Source of the DNA: Eledone cirrhosa
Taxonomy: Eukaryota
DNA: 64,000 bases
Direction of reading: 5' to 3'
Assembly: GCA_964016885.1 (NCBI GenBank)
Contig: OZ024751.1
Location: 45,818,001 to 45,882,000, forward strand
Shown here in pieces: positions 26,186-39,823 of this stretch; position 1 is the first letter of the stretch, and each line of letters starts with the position of its first letter. The notes below the pieces were generated by a model, which saw only the letters and a list, made by a program, of their open reading frames with translations, did not search any database and was not told the DNA's origin. The position numbers and the translations under genes are program-made.

Positions 26186-26730
26186 GTGGTGTGGTGGTGT
26201 GGTGGTGTGGGGTATGTGCTGTGGTGTAGAGTGGTGTGGTGGTGTGGTGGTGTGGGGTATGTGCTGTGGTGTAGAGTGGTGTGGTGCTGTGGTGGCGTGG
26301 GGTATGTGCTGTGGTGTAGAGTGGTGTGGTGCTGTGGTGTAGAGTGTGGTGGTGTGGTGGTATGGTGTAGTCTAGTGTCTGCTGTGGTGGTGTGGGGTAT
26401 GTGCTGTGGTGTAGAGTGGTGTGGTGCTGTGGTGGTGTGGGGTATCTGCTGTGGTGTAGAGTGGTGTGGTGGTGTGGTGGTGTGGGGTATGTGCTGTGGT
26501 GTAGAGTGGTGTGGTGCTGTGGTGTATAGTGTGGTGCTGTGGTGATGTGGGGTTTGTGCTGTGGTGTAGAGTGTGGTGGTGTGGTGTAGTCTAGTGTCTG
26601 CTGTGGTGGTGTGAGGTATGTGCTGTGGTGTAGAGTGGTGTGGTGGTGTGGTGTGGTGGTGTGGTGTGGTAGTGTGGTGTATATGCTATGGTGTAGTGTG
26701 GTGTGTGCAGTGGTGTGGTGGTGTGGTGTC
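26185..26730. repeat. GTG-rich ~46-bp minisatellite (AGAGTGGTGTGGTGCTGTGGTGGTGTGGGGTATGTGCTGTGGTGT)
   Basis: Read directly. Confidence 0.8.
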
Positions 26731-27395
26731 CAAACAGTTCAGGTTTTTAGTGACAGCTAGCTGTCGCAAACGTGAAATGGAGAAAAAAAAGTGGGTAGAG
26801 AGACGAAATTAAAGCCCACCCTGGTCTCTAGTATAACATAGAGGTGGGTGGGGTGGGGGAGCAGAGACTGAGGGGGTGTATAGATAGTAGGGGGGGGGGG
26901 AAACACGGTGGCAAAAAAGGCTTATTTTTCTATTAAAGAGGGAGAAGGAAAGAAAGTAAAGAAGGAACTAAAACCCCCACACCACCAACAAACCCTCTTA
27001 ATATAACACCAACAAAAACACTCAGAATAATAATAATAATAATTAAATAAATAAGAAATAAAAATAATATTAAAAAAATAATACTGAGAAAATCATCCCC
27101 CCCCCCCCCTAAAAAAAAGAAAAAGAACGAAACAAAACAACAACAAAAAGAAAAACAGAGAGACAGTTTCTTAACAAGGAACTATATAAGCTGTCCTTTT
27201 ATCATGGTTGATATTTGATCTGAGATTTAAACGAAATGTACTTCTTTGTATCACATAGATTGCTGTTACATAATTGATTTGGTTCTTTTCTAAAGGACTG
27301 GCGCCATATACCCAACACACCGTCTTCGGCCCCTCTCAAGTATCACAACGTTATTGTTTCTCCCCCTCCTCCCCCTCTCACACTCTCTCTCCCTT

Positions 27396-27465
<70 letters not shown>

Positions 27466-27744
27466 ATCATTCCGTCAGTCAGACTGCCAACTAAAAATGT
27501 TTTTCCCTCTCTATTCTTTATTTTCTTCGTCGTCTTCCTCTCCTCCTCTTCTCCCATCACAACCACCACACTACCCACTCCACCTTTCCACGAAATACCA
27601 TACTATCCTTTCCTTGTCATGTGTATAGGTGTATGCACACACACACACACACACACACAGGTGGCTAGTTTAACGGGACATACGAAACCTTATGTCGTCA
27701 AATTGCCTACCAACTCAGACCCACTCTCTCTCTCTCTTTCTCTT

Positions 27745-27809
<65 letters not shown>

Positions 27810-28254
27810 ACGTCTGTAATTGTATATGTGCATATATATATCTATATATATATATATATAGAGAGAGAGAGATAGAAAGAGATAGAGATAGAGATAGAGA
27901 GAGATAGAGATAGAGAGAGAGAGGGAGATAGATAGAGAGAGAGAGAGGGAGGGTTAAAGAAAGTTTCAAAATCAGTTGACCATCGTGACAATAGTGTTAG
28001 TCTTGTGAGTGAACATTTACAGTGCACATACACATACATATATACATACATATATACACATGCGCACATATGTACATATATACATATACACACACATTCA
28101 TACATAAATATACACATATACATAGAGACACATACATAGACACACATTAATACATACATAGAGATAATTGTGTGTGAAGTGAGAAATGAAAAGTTATTAA
28201 ACTGAGTCGAGTGGGGGGTGGGGACATTGTCCCCCCCCCCCAACCATACAGCTG

Positions 28255-28512
28255 TGGACTGGGGGTGATGTTAATCCCCCACTCCACCATATATCTGTAG
28301 ACAGATACCACGTATGACGAGTGTAGGGCTGATGTTACCCCCCTATCCTACATAGATACCACGTATGGTGAGGATGGGGGTGATGTTAACCCCCTCTCAT
28401 CCATACATCTGTAGACAGATACCACGTATGGCGAGTCTGGAGCTGATGTTACCCCCACCCCCCTATCATAAATCTATAGATCGATACCACGTATGGTGAG
28501 GATGGGAGTGTG
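28255..28512. repeat. Four diverged ~55-70-bp tandem units (GATGTTA-Cn...AGATACCACGTATGG)
   Basis: GATACCACGTATG occurs four times. Confidence 0.75.
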
Positions 28513-28630
28513 TTACTAGGTTCGATAACAAAACGACGTATCAGTCAAGTACTGGGATCGATTCTTCCTCTATATCTCTTTCACCCATTCTCTATCATTC
28601 TCTGGAAGAAATCTACTGAAATCAGACCTG

Positions 28631-31600
28631 GAGAGAGAAGGGCTCCGCCATGTTTGAGAGAGAAGGGCTCCGCCATGTTTGAGAGAGATGGGCTCCGCCA
28701 TGTTTGAGAGAGATGGGCTACGCCATGTTTGAGAGAGAAGGGCTCCGCCATGTTTGAGAGAGATGGGCTCCGCCATGTTTGAGAGAGATGGGCTCCGCCA
28801 TGTTTGAGAGAGATGGGCTCCGCCATGTTTGAGAGAGAAGGGCTGCGCCATGTTTGAGAGAGAGGGGCTCCGCCATGTTTGAGAGAGATGGGCTCCGCCA
28901 TGTTTGAGAGAGAAGGGCTCCGCCATGTTTGAGAGAGATGGGCTCCGCCATGTTTGAGAGAGAAGGGCTCCGCCATGTTTGAGAGAGATGGGCTCCGCCA
29001 TGTTTGAGAGAGATGGGCTCCGCCATGTTTGAGAGAGATGGGCTCCGCCATGTTTGAGAGAGAAGGGCTCCGCCATGTTTGAGAGAGAGGGGCTCCGCCA
29101 TGTTTGAGAGAGATGGGCTCCGCCATGTTTGAGAGAGAAGGGCTCCGCCATGTTTGAGAGAGATGGGCTCCGCCATGTTTGAGAGAGAAGGGTTCCGCCA
29201 TGTTTGAGAGAGAAGGGCTCCGCCATGTTTGAGAGAGATGGGCTCCGCCATGTTTGAGAGAGATGGGCTCCGCCATGTTTGAGAGAGAAGGGCTCCGCCA
29301 TGTTTGAGAGAGATGGGCTCCGCCATGTTTGAGAGAGATGGGCTCCGTCATGTTTGAGAGAGAAGGGCTCCGTCATGTTTGAGAGAGAAGGGCTCCGCCA
29401 TGTTTGAGAGAGAAGGGCTCCGCCATGTTTGAGAGAGATGGGCTCCGTCATGTTTGAGAGAGAAGGGCTCCGCCATGTTTGAGAGAGATGGGCTCCGCCA
29501 TGTTTGAGAGAGATGGGCTCCGCCATGTTTGAGAGAGAAGGGCTCCGCCATGTTTGAGAGAGATGGGCTCCGCCATGTTTGAGAGAGATGGGCTCCGCCA
29601 TGTTTGAGAGAGAAGGGCTCCGCCATGTTTGAGAGAGAAGGGCTCCGCCATGTTTGAGAGAGATGGGCTCCGCCATGTTTGAGAGAGAAGGGCTCCGCCA
29701 TGTTTGAGAGAGATGGGCTCCGCCATGTTTGAGAGAGAAGGGCTCCGCCATGTTTGAGAGAGAAGGGCTCCGCCATGTTTGAGAGAGAAGGGCTCCGCCA
29801 TGTTTGAGAGAGATGGGCTCCGTCATGTTTGAGAGAGAAGGGCTCCGCCATGTTTGAGAGAGAAGGGCTCCGCCATGTTTGAGAGAGATGGGCTCCGCCA
29901 TGTTTGAGAGAGAAGGGCTCCGCCATGTTTGAGAGAGATGGGCTCCGCCATGTTTGAGAGAGATGGGCTCCGCCATGTTTGAGAGAGAAGGGCTCCGTCA
30001 TGTTTGAGAGAGATGGGCTCCGCCATGTTTGAGAGAGAAGGGCTCCGCCATGTTTGAGAGAGATGGGCTCCGCCATGTTTGAGAGAGAAGGGCTCCGCCA
30101 TGTTTGAGAGAGATGGGCTCCGCCATGTTTGAGAGAGATGGGCTCCGCCATGTTTGAGAGGGAAGGGCTCCGCCATGTTTGAGAGGGAAGGGCTCCGCCA
30201 TGTTTGAGAGAGATGGGCTCCGCCATGTTTGAGAGAGAAGGGCTCCGCCATGTTTGAGAGGGAAGGGCTCCGCCATGTTTGAGAGAGATGGGCTCCGCCA
30301 TGTTTGAGAGGGAAGGGCTCCGCCATGTTTGAGAGGGAAGAGCTCCGCCATGTTTGAGAGAGATGGGCTCCGCCATGTTTGAGAGAGAAGGGCTCCGCCA
30401 TGTTTGAGAGAGATGGGCTCCGCCATGTTTGAGAGAGATAGGCTCCGCCATGTTTGAGAGGGAAGGGCTCCGCCATGTTTGAGAGAGATGGGCTCCGCCA
30501 TGTTTGAGAGAGAAGGGCTCCGCCATGTTTGAGAGAGATGGGCTCCGCCATGTTTGAGAGGGAAGGGCTCCGCCATGTTTGAGAGGGAAGGGCTCCGCCA
30601 TGTTTGAGAGAGATGGGCTCCGCCATGTTTGAGAGAGAAGGGCTCCGCCATGTTTGAGAGGGAAGGGCTCCGCCATGTTTGAGAGAGATGGGCTCCGCCA
30701 TGTTTGAGAGAGATGGGCTCCGCCATGTTTGAGAGGGAAGGGCTCCGCCATGTTTGAGAGGGAAGGGCTCCGCCATGTTTGAGAGAGATGGGCTCCGTCA
30801 TGTTTGAGAGAGAAGGGCTCCGCCATGTTTGAGAGGGAAGGGCTCCGCCATGTTTGAGAGAGATGGGCTCCGCCATGTTTGAGAGGGAAGGGCTCCGCCA
30901 TGTTTGAGAGGGAAGGGCTCCGCCATGTTTGAGAGAGATGGGCTCCGCCATGTTTGAGAGAGAAGGGCTCCGCCATGTTTGAGAGAGATGGGCTCCGCCA
31001 TGTTTGAGAGAGATAGGCTCCGCCATGTTTGAGAGGGAAGGGCTCCGCCATGTTTGAGAGAGATGGGCTCCGCCATGTTTGAGAGAGAAGGGCTCCGCCA
31101 TGTTTGAGAGAGATGGGCTCCGCCATGTTTGAGAGAGATGGGCTCCGCCATGTTTGAGAGGGAAGGGCTCCGCCATGTTTGAGAGGGAAGGGCTCCGCCA
31201 TGTTTGAGAGAGATGGGCTCCGCCATGTTTGAGAGAGAAGGGCTCCGCCATGTTTGAGAGGGAAGGGCTCCGCCATGTTTGAGAGAGATGGGCTCCGCCA
31301 TGTTTGAGAGAGATGGGCTCCGCCATGTTTGAGAGGGAAGGGCTCCGCCATGTTTGAGAGGGAAGGGCTCCGCCATATTTGAGAGAGATGGGCTCCGCCA
31401 TGTTTGAGAGAGAAGGGCTCCGCCATGTTTGAGAGGGAAGGGCTCCGCCATGTTTGAGAGAGATGGGCTCCGCCATGTTTGAGAGGGAAGGGCTCCGCCA
31501 TGTTTGAGAGGGAAGGGCTCCGCCATGTTTGAGAGAGATGGGCTCCGCCATGTTTGAGAGAGAAGGGCTCCGCCATGTTTGAGAGAGATGGGCTCCGCCA

Positions 31601-33325
31601 TGTTTGAGAGAGATGGGCTCCGCCATGTTTGAGAGAGATAGGCTCCGCCATGTTTGAGAGGGAAGGGCTCCGCTATGTTTGAGAGAGATGGGCTCCGCCA
31701 TGTTTGAGAGAGAAGGGCTCCGCCATGTTTGAGAGAGATGGGCTCCGCCATGTTTGAGAGAGAAGGGCTCCGCCATGTTTGAGAGAGATAGGCTCCGCCA
31801 TGTTTGAGAGAGATGGGCTCCGCCATGTTTGAGAGAGATGGGCTCCGCCATGTTTGAGAGAGAAGGGCTCCGCCATGTTTGAGAGAGATGGGCTCCGCCA
31901 TGTTTGAGAGGGAAGGGCTCCGCCATGTTTGAGAGAGATGGGCTCCGCCATGTTTGAGAGAGAAGGGCTCCGCCATGTTTGAGAGAGATGGGCTCCGCCA
32001 TGTTTGAGAGAGAAGGGCTCCGCCATGTTTGAGAGAGATGGGCTCCGCCATGTTTGAGAGAGATGGGCTCCGCCATGTTTGAGAGAGATAGGCTCCGCCA
32101 TGTTTGAGAGGGAAGGGCTCCGCCATGTTTGAGAGAGAAGGGCTCCGCCATGTTTGAGAGAGATGGGCTCCGCCATGTTTGAGAGAGATGGGCTCCGCCA
32201 TGTTTGAGAGGGAAGGGCTCCGCCATGTTTGAGAGAGATGGGCTCCGCCATGTTTGAGAGAGAAGGGCTCCGCCATGTTTGAGAGGGAAGGGCTCCGCCA
32301 TGTTTGAGAGAGAAGGGCTCCGCCATGTTTGAGAGAGATGGGCTCCGCCATGTTTGAGAGAGATGGGCTCCGCCATGTTTGAGAGAGAAGGGTTCCGCCA
32401 TGTTTGAGAGAGATGGGCTCCGCCATGTTTGAGAGAGATGGGCTCCGCCATGTTTGAGAGAGATGGGCTCCGCCATGTTTGAGAGGGAAGGGCTCCGCCA
32501 TGTTTGAGAGAGAAGGGCTCCGCCATGTTTGAGAGAGATGGGCTCCGCCATGTTTGAGAGAGATGGGCTCCGCCATGTTTGAGAGAGAAGGGCTCCGCCA
32601 TGTTTGAGAGAGATGGGCTCCGCCATGTTTGAGAGAGATGGGCTCCGCCATGTTTGAGAGAGATGGGCTCCGCCATGTTTGAGAGAGATGGGCTCCGCCA
32701 TGTTTGAGAGAGATGGGCTCCGCCATGTTTGAGAGAGATGGGCTCCGCCATGTTTGAGAGGGAAGGGCTCCGCCATGTTTGAGAGGGAAGGGCTCCGCCA
32801 TGTTTGAAAGAGATGGGCTCCGCCATGTTTGAGAGAGATGGGCTCCGCCATGTTTGAGAGAGATGGGCTCCGCCATGTTTGAGAGAGATGGGCTCCGCCA
32901 TGTTTGAGAGAGATGGGCTCCGCCATGTTTGAGAGAGATGGGCTCCGCCATGTTTGAGAGAGATGGGCTCCGCCATGTTTGAGAGAGATGGGCTCCGCCA
33001 TGTTTGAGAGGGAAGGGCTCCGCCATGTTTGAGAGGGAAGGGCTCCGCCATGTTTGAAAGAGATGGGCTCCGCCATGTTTGAGAGAGATGGGCTCCGCCA
33101 TGTTTGAGAGAGAAGGGCTCCGCCATGTTTGAGAGGGAAGGGCTCCGCCGTGTTTGAGAGGGAAGGGCTCCGCCATGTTTGAGAGGGAAGGGCTCCGCCA
33201 TGTTTGAAAGAGATGGGCTCCGCCATGTTTGAGAGAGAAGGGCTCCGCCATGTTTGAAAGAGATGGGCTCCGCCATGTTTGAGAGAGAAGGGCTCCGCCA
33301 TGTTTGAGAGAGAAGGGCTCCGCCA
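28631..33325. repeat. 25-bp satellite GAGAG(A/G)GA(A/T)GGGCTCCGCCATGTTT, ~188 units
   Basis: 25-bp register unbroken across ~4.7 kb; substitutions concentrated at two positions. Confidence 0.97.
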
Positions 33326-33743
33326 AATTGTCCTAGAAATGACGTATTTAAATGCGGCGCCTCTACGACTCCCTCGGAAGTCACATACAAATAAGCTTAA
33401 AAGACACACACACACACACACGTACACACACGTACACACACATACATACACATACACATGCACATATTCATACACACACACACACACAAACACACACGTA
33501 CACGCACATACATACACACACACACGCATATACATACATACACACACACATATACATACTTACATACACACACACACGCACACACACATAAACACACACA
33601 AACTAACTGTTCAATTCCCATTACATTTGCCGTTTATTTCTTGCTATGACCATTTGGTCGTATTGTTTGCTGACAGTTCAACAGAGGTTTTGACACCAGG
33701 ATCCACACGATAAAAGTAAAATAACTTTAACAGCTATTGAGTA

Positions 33744-36700
33744 TGTAATTGTTAAATTGGTTCTTTCATGATGTAATTGTTAAATTGGTTCTTCCATGAT
33801 GTAATTGTTAAATTGGTTCTTCCATGCTGTAATTGTTAAATTGGTTCTTCCATGATGTAATTGTTAAATTGGTTCTTTCATGATGTAATTGTTAAATTGG
33901 ATCTTCCATGCTGTAATTGTTAATTTGGTTCTTCCATGATGTAATTGTTAAATTGGTTCTTCCATGATGTAATTGTTAAATTGGTTCGTCCATAGTGTAA
34001 TTGTTAAATTGGTTCTTCCAGGGTGTAATTGTTAAATTGGTTCTTTCATGATGTAATTGTTAAATTGGCTCTTCCATGCTGTAATTGTTAAATTGGTTCT
34101 TCCATGCTGTAATTGTTAAATTGGTTCTTACATGCTGTAATTGTTAAATTGGTTCTTCCATGATGTAATTGTTAAATTGGTTCTTCCATGATGTAATTGT
34201 TAAATTGGTTTGTCCATAGTGTAATTGTTAAATTGGTTCTTCCAGGGTGTAATTGTTAAATTGGTTCTTTCATGATGTATTTGTTAAATTGGCTCTTCCA
34301 TGCTGTAATTGTTAAATTGGTTCTTCCATGCTGTAATTGTTAAATTGGTTCTTCCATGCTGTAATTGTTAAATTGGTTCTTCCATGATGTAATTGTTAAA
34401 TTGGTTCTTCCATGATGTAATTGTTAAATTGGTTCGTCCATAGTGTAATTGTTAAATTGGTTCTTCCAGGGTGTAATTGTTAAATTGGTTCTTTCATGAT
34501 GTATTTGTTAAATTGGTTCTTCCATGCTGTAATTGTTAAATTGGTTCTTCCATGCTGTAATTGTTAAATTGGTTCTTTCATGATGTAATTGTTAAATTGG
34601 TTCTTCCATGCTGTAATTGTTAAATTGGTTCATCGATGCTGTAATTGTTAAATTGGTTCTTCCATGATGTAATTGTTAAATTGGTTCGTCCATAGTGTAA
34701 TTGTTAAATTGGTTCTTCCAGGGTGTAATTGTTAAATTGGTTCTTCCATGCTGTAATTGTTAAATTGGTTCTTCCATGCTGTAATTGTTAAATTGGTTTT
34801 TCATGATGTAATTGTTAAATTGGTTCTTTCATGATGTATTTGTTAAATTGGTTCTTCCATGATGTAATTGTTAAATTGGTTCTTCCATGCTGTAATTGTT
34901 AAATTGGTTCTTCCATGATGTAATTGTTAAATTGGTTCTTTCATGATGTAATTGTTAAATTGGTTCTTCCATGATGTAATTGTTAAATTGGTTCTTCCAT
35001 GCTGTAATTGTTAAATTGGTTCTTCCATGCTGTAATTGTTAAATTGGTTCTTCCATGATGTAATTGTTAAATTGGTTCTTCCATGATGTAATTGTTAAAT
35101 TGGTTCTTTCATGATGTAATTGTTAAATTGGATCTTCCATGCTGTAATTGTTAAATTGGTTCTTCCATGCTGTAATTGTTAAATTGGTTCTTCCATGATG
35201 TAATTGTTAAATTGGTTCGTCCATAGTGTAATTGTTAAATTGGTTCTTCCAGGGTGTAATTGTTAAATTGGTTCTTTCATGATGTATTTGTTAAATTGGC
35301 TCTTCCATGCTGTAATTGTTAAATTGGTTCTTCCATGCTGTAATTGTTAAATTGGTTCTTCCATGATGTAATTGTTAAATTGGTTCTTCCATGCTGTAAT
35401 TGTTAAATTGGTTCTTCCATGATGTAATTGTTAAATTGGTTCTTTCATGATGTAATTGTTAAATTGGTTCTTCCATGCTGTAATTGTTAAAATGGTTCTT
35501 CCATGCTGTAATCGTTAAATTGGTTCTTTCATGATGTAATTGTTAAATTGGTTCTTCCATGCTGTAATTGTTAAATTGGTTCTTCCATGCTGTAATTGTT
35601 AAATTGGTTTTTCATGATGTAATTGTTAAATTGGTTCATCCATGCTGTAATTGTTAAATTGGTTCTTCCAGTGTGTAATTGTTAAATTGGTTCTTCCATG
35701 CTGTAATTGTTAAATTGGTTCTTTCATGATGTATTTGTTAAATTGGCTCTTCCATGCTGTAATTGTTAAATTGGTTCTTCCATGCTGTAATTGTTAAATT
35801 GCTTCTTCCATGATGTAATTGTTAAATTGGTTCTTTCATGATGTATTTGTTAAATTGGTTCTTCCATGATGTAATTGTTAAATTGGTTCTTCCATGCTGT
35901 AATTGTTAAATTGGTTCTTCCATGATGTAATTGTTAAATTGGTTCTTCCATGCTGTAATTGTTAAATTGGTTCTTCCATGCTGTAATTGTTAAATTGGTT
36001 CTTTCATGATGTAATTGTTAAATTGGCTCTTCCATGCTGTAATTGTTAAATTGGTTCTTTCATGATGTAATTGTTAAATTGGTTCGTCCATGCTGTAATT
36101 GTTAAATTGGTTCTTTCATGATCTAATTGTTAAATTGGCTCTTCCATGCTGTAATTGTTAAATTGGTTCGTCCATAGTGTAATTGTTAAATTGGTTCGTC
36201 CATGCTGTAATTGTTAAATTGGTTCTTTCATGATGTAATTGTTAAATTGGCTCTTCCATGCTGTAATTGTTAAATTGGTTCGTCCATAGTGTAATTGTTA
36301 AATTGGTTCGTCCATGCTGTAATTGTTAAATTGGTTCTTCCATGCTGTAATTGTTAAATTGGTTCTTTCCTGATGTAATTGTTAAATTGGTTCGTCCATA
36401 GTGTAATTGTTAAATTGGTTCGTCCATGCTGTAATTGTTAAATTGGTTCTTTCATGATGTAATTGTTAAATTGGCTCTTCCATGCTGTAATTGTTAAATT
36501 GGTTCGTCCATAGTGTAATTGTTAAATTGGTTCGTCCATGCTGTAATTGTTAAATTGGCTCTTCCATGCTGTAATTGTTAAATTGATTCTTTCATTATGT
36601 AATTGTTAAATTGGCTCTTCCATGCTGTAATTGTTAAATTGGTTCTTCCATGCTGTAATTGTTAAATTGGTTCTTCCATGCTGTAATTGTTAAATTGGTT

Positions 36701-38229
36701 CTTCCATGATGTAATTGTTAAATTGGTTCTTTCATCATGTAATTGTTAAATTGGTTCTTCCATGCTGTAATTGTTAAATTGGTTCTTCCATGCTGTAATT
36801 ATTAAATTGGTTCTTTCATGATGTAATTGTTAAATTGGTTCTTCCATAGTGTAATTGTTAAATTGGTTCTTCCAGGGTGTAATTGTTAAATTGGTTCTTC
36901 CATGCTGTAATTGTTAAATTGGTTCTTTCATGATGTAATTGTTAAATTGGCTCTTCCATGCTGTAATTGTTAAATTGGTTCGTCCATAATGTAATTGTTA
37001 AATTGGTTCGTCCATGCTGTAATTGTTAAATTGGTTCTTTCATGATGTAATTGTTAAATTGGCTCTTCCATGCTGTAATTGTTAAATTGGTTCGTCCATA
37101 GTGTAATTGTTAAATTGGTTCGTCCATGCTGTAATTGTTAAATTGGTTCTTTCATGATGTAATTGTTAAATTGGCTCTTCCATGCTGTAATTGTTAAATT
37201 GGTTCGTCCATAGTGTAATTGTTAAATTGGTTCGTCCATGCTGTAATTGTTAAATTGGTTCTTCCATGCTGTAATTGTTAAATTGGTTCTTTCATGATGT
37301 AATTGTTAAATTGGCTCTTCCATGCTGTAATTGTTAAATTGGTTCGTCCATAGTGTAATTGTTAAATTGGTTCGTCCATGCTGTAATTGTTAAATTGGTT
37401 CTTTCATGATGTAATTGTTAAATTGGCTCTTCCATGCTGTAATTGTTAAATTGGTTCGTCCATAGTGTAATTGTTAAATTGGTTCGTCCATGCTGTAATT
37501 GTTAAATTGGTTCTTTCATGATGTAATTGTTAAATTGGCTCTTCCATGCTGTAATTGTTAAATTGGTTCGTCCATAGTGTAATTGTTAAATTGGTTCGTC
37601 CATGCTGTAATTGTTAAATTGGCTCTTCCATGCTGTAATTGTTAAATTGGCTCTTCCATGATGTAATTGTTAAATTGCTTCTTCCATGCTGTAATTGTTA
37701 AATTGGTTCTTCCATGATGTAATTGTTAAATTGGTTCTTCCAGGGTGTAATTGTTAAATTGGTTCTTCCATGCTGTAATTGTTAAATTGATTCTTTCATT
37801 ATGTAATTGTTAAATTGGCTCTTCCATGCTGTAATTGTTAAATTGGTTCTTCCATGCTGTAATTGTTAAATTGGTTCTTCCATGCTGTAATTGTTAAATT
37901 GGTTCTTCCATGATGTAATTGTTAAATTGGTTCTTCCATGCTGTAATTGTTAAATTGGTTCTTCCATGTTGTAATTGTTAAATTGGTTCTTCCCTGCTGT
38001 AATTGTTAAATTGGTTCTTCCATGATGTAATTGTTAAATTGGTTCTTCCATGTTGTAATTGTTAAATTGGTTCTTCCATGATGTAATTGTTAAATTGGTT
38101 CGTCCATAGTGTAATTGTTAAATTGGTTCTTCCAGGGTATAATTGTTAAATTGGTTCTTCCATATTGTAATTGTTAAATTGGTTCTTCCCTGCTGTAATT
38201 GTTAAATTGATTCTTCCAGGGTGTAATTG
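33744..38229. repeat. 28-bp satellite TGTAATTGTTAAATTGGTTCTTCCATG(A/C), ~160 units, with local higher-order repeats
   Basis: Near-invariant 17-bp part plus variable ~11-bp part; 4-unit (112-bp) periodicity around 36900-37600. Confidence 0.97.
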
Positions 38230-38346
38230 CTTTAGTTTCTTCACACCATCTTAGGTCAACTCACTTGACAGACAAGAATAACTAGGAAAAATATGCTTCA
38301 AAAGATATTAATGGTTTCGTTTTCATGATTTCTTGACAGGGAAGAT

Positions 38347-38500
38347 GTCTACCAGATCTTCCAGTCGTAAATACGTGATCTAACGAAAGACTCTCTACCT
38401 GTCTACCAGATCTTCCAGTCGTAAATACGTGATCTAACGAACGACTATATACTTGTCCACCAGATCTTCCAGTCGTAAATACGTGGGATAACGAAAGAGC
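38347..38500. repeat. Three tandem ~55-bp units (CCAGATCTTCCAGTCGTAAATACGTG...)
   Basis: Read directly. Confidence 0.85.
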
Positions 38501-38810
38501 TTCCAACTGGCTGCTCCATCTGCAAGAAACAGCTGTCAAATTTCCCTCAAATCCCAAGCAACCTTCTCAGAAAAGAACACATTGGATAATGTGATCCCAG
38601 GTTTCTTGAACATTGGAACAAATAGTCTGAGTGGCCGCGGTTGGAATGTCATTGATCACAGGTCTGTATAGGGCTGAATTGGAGCTAAACAACAATAACA
38701 ACAAAAAAACGACAACAACTTTAAATGCATATTTTGGACTCAATTCATTCCAGTGTTTGTGGAATTAATATTAGGTAATGAGATCCAGTTGCTTTGATGT
38801 GGTTAATAGA

Positions 38811-38955
<145 letters not shown>

Positions 38956-39082
38956 GCACACACACACACACACATGCACACACTCATATATATATATACG
39001 TATATTCATACATACATCTCTCTCTATATATATATTATATACATCCGTCTATATTTCTTTCTCACACACACACACATATATA

Positions 39083-39153
<71 letters not shown>

Positions 39154-39518
39154 TATATATATTATATATATATCCTTATAGATACTTTACGCAGACATAG
39201 AGAAAAAGAGAGAGAGAGTATTTTGTGGCTTTTTTTTTTTAGAATTAGGGTATCCATTTCTGTAAATGCCATGTTATGTGAACAGGTGGAACAATGAGTT
39301 TGAAAGAGAACAAAGAGAAGTAGGGAGAAGTTATCTCCCCTGCAGGATGTCTCTTTGATAATATATGATGTTAGATTTAATTGGTTTCGTCTCACCTCTC
39401 AGACATTACCTGGTCTACCATGTCTTGTTCAACTGGCTATTGAATAGCACCAACCTACCACATCTATCTCTCTCTCTCTATATATATATATACATACATA
39501 TATATATATGTGTGTGTG

Positions 39519-39559
<41 letters not shown>

Positions 39560-39751
39560 GTATATGTATATATACATATATAGGAAAATGTATGACCCCG
39601 ACGGCAGAGCTCAAGCCGTTTCGACGGCTATTTCTGGACTAGTCCAGAAATAGCCGTCGAATTTTCCTATTACCCACTCTACTACCCTAAGTATTGAGTA
39701 CTCTGGTGCGTTATGGTCCATCTGGTTCCTTACCACAACTCCTTCGCTATA

Positions 39752-39823
<72 letters not shown>

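Noticed and set aside
28570-33547. ORFs up to 1130 aa of MAEPISLKHGGALLSQTWRSPSLSN repeats
   Set aside because: A 25-bp unit gives the same 25-aa peptide in all three minus frames; this is a stop-free satellite, not evidence of coding
33744-38229. CRISPR-like look (constant repeat plus variable part)
   Set aside because: Variable parts are ~11 bp, drawn from a few related alleles rather than unique spacers; no cas genes; eukaryotic context
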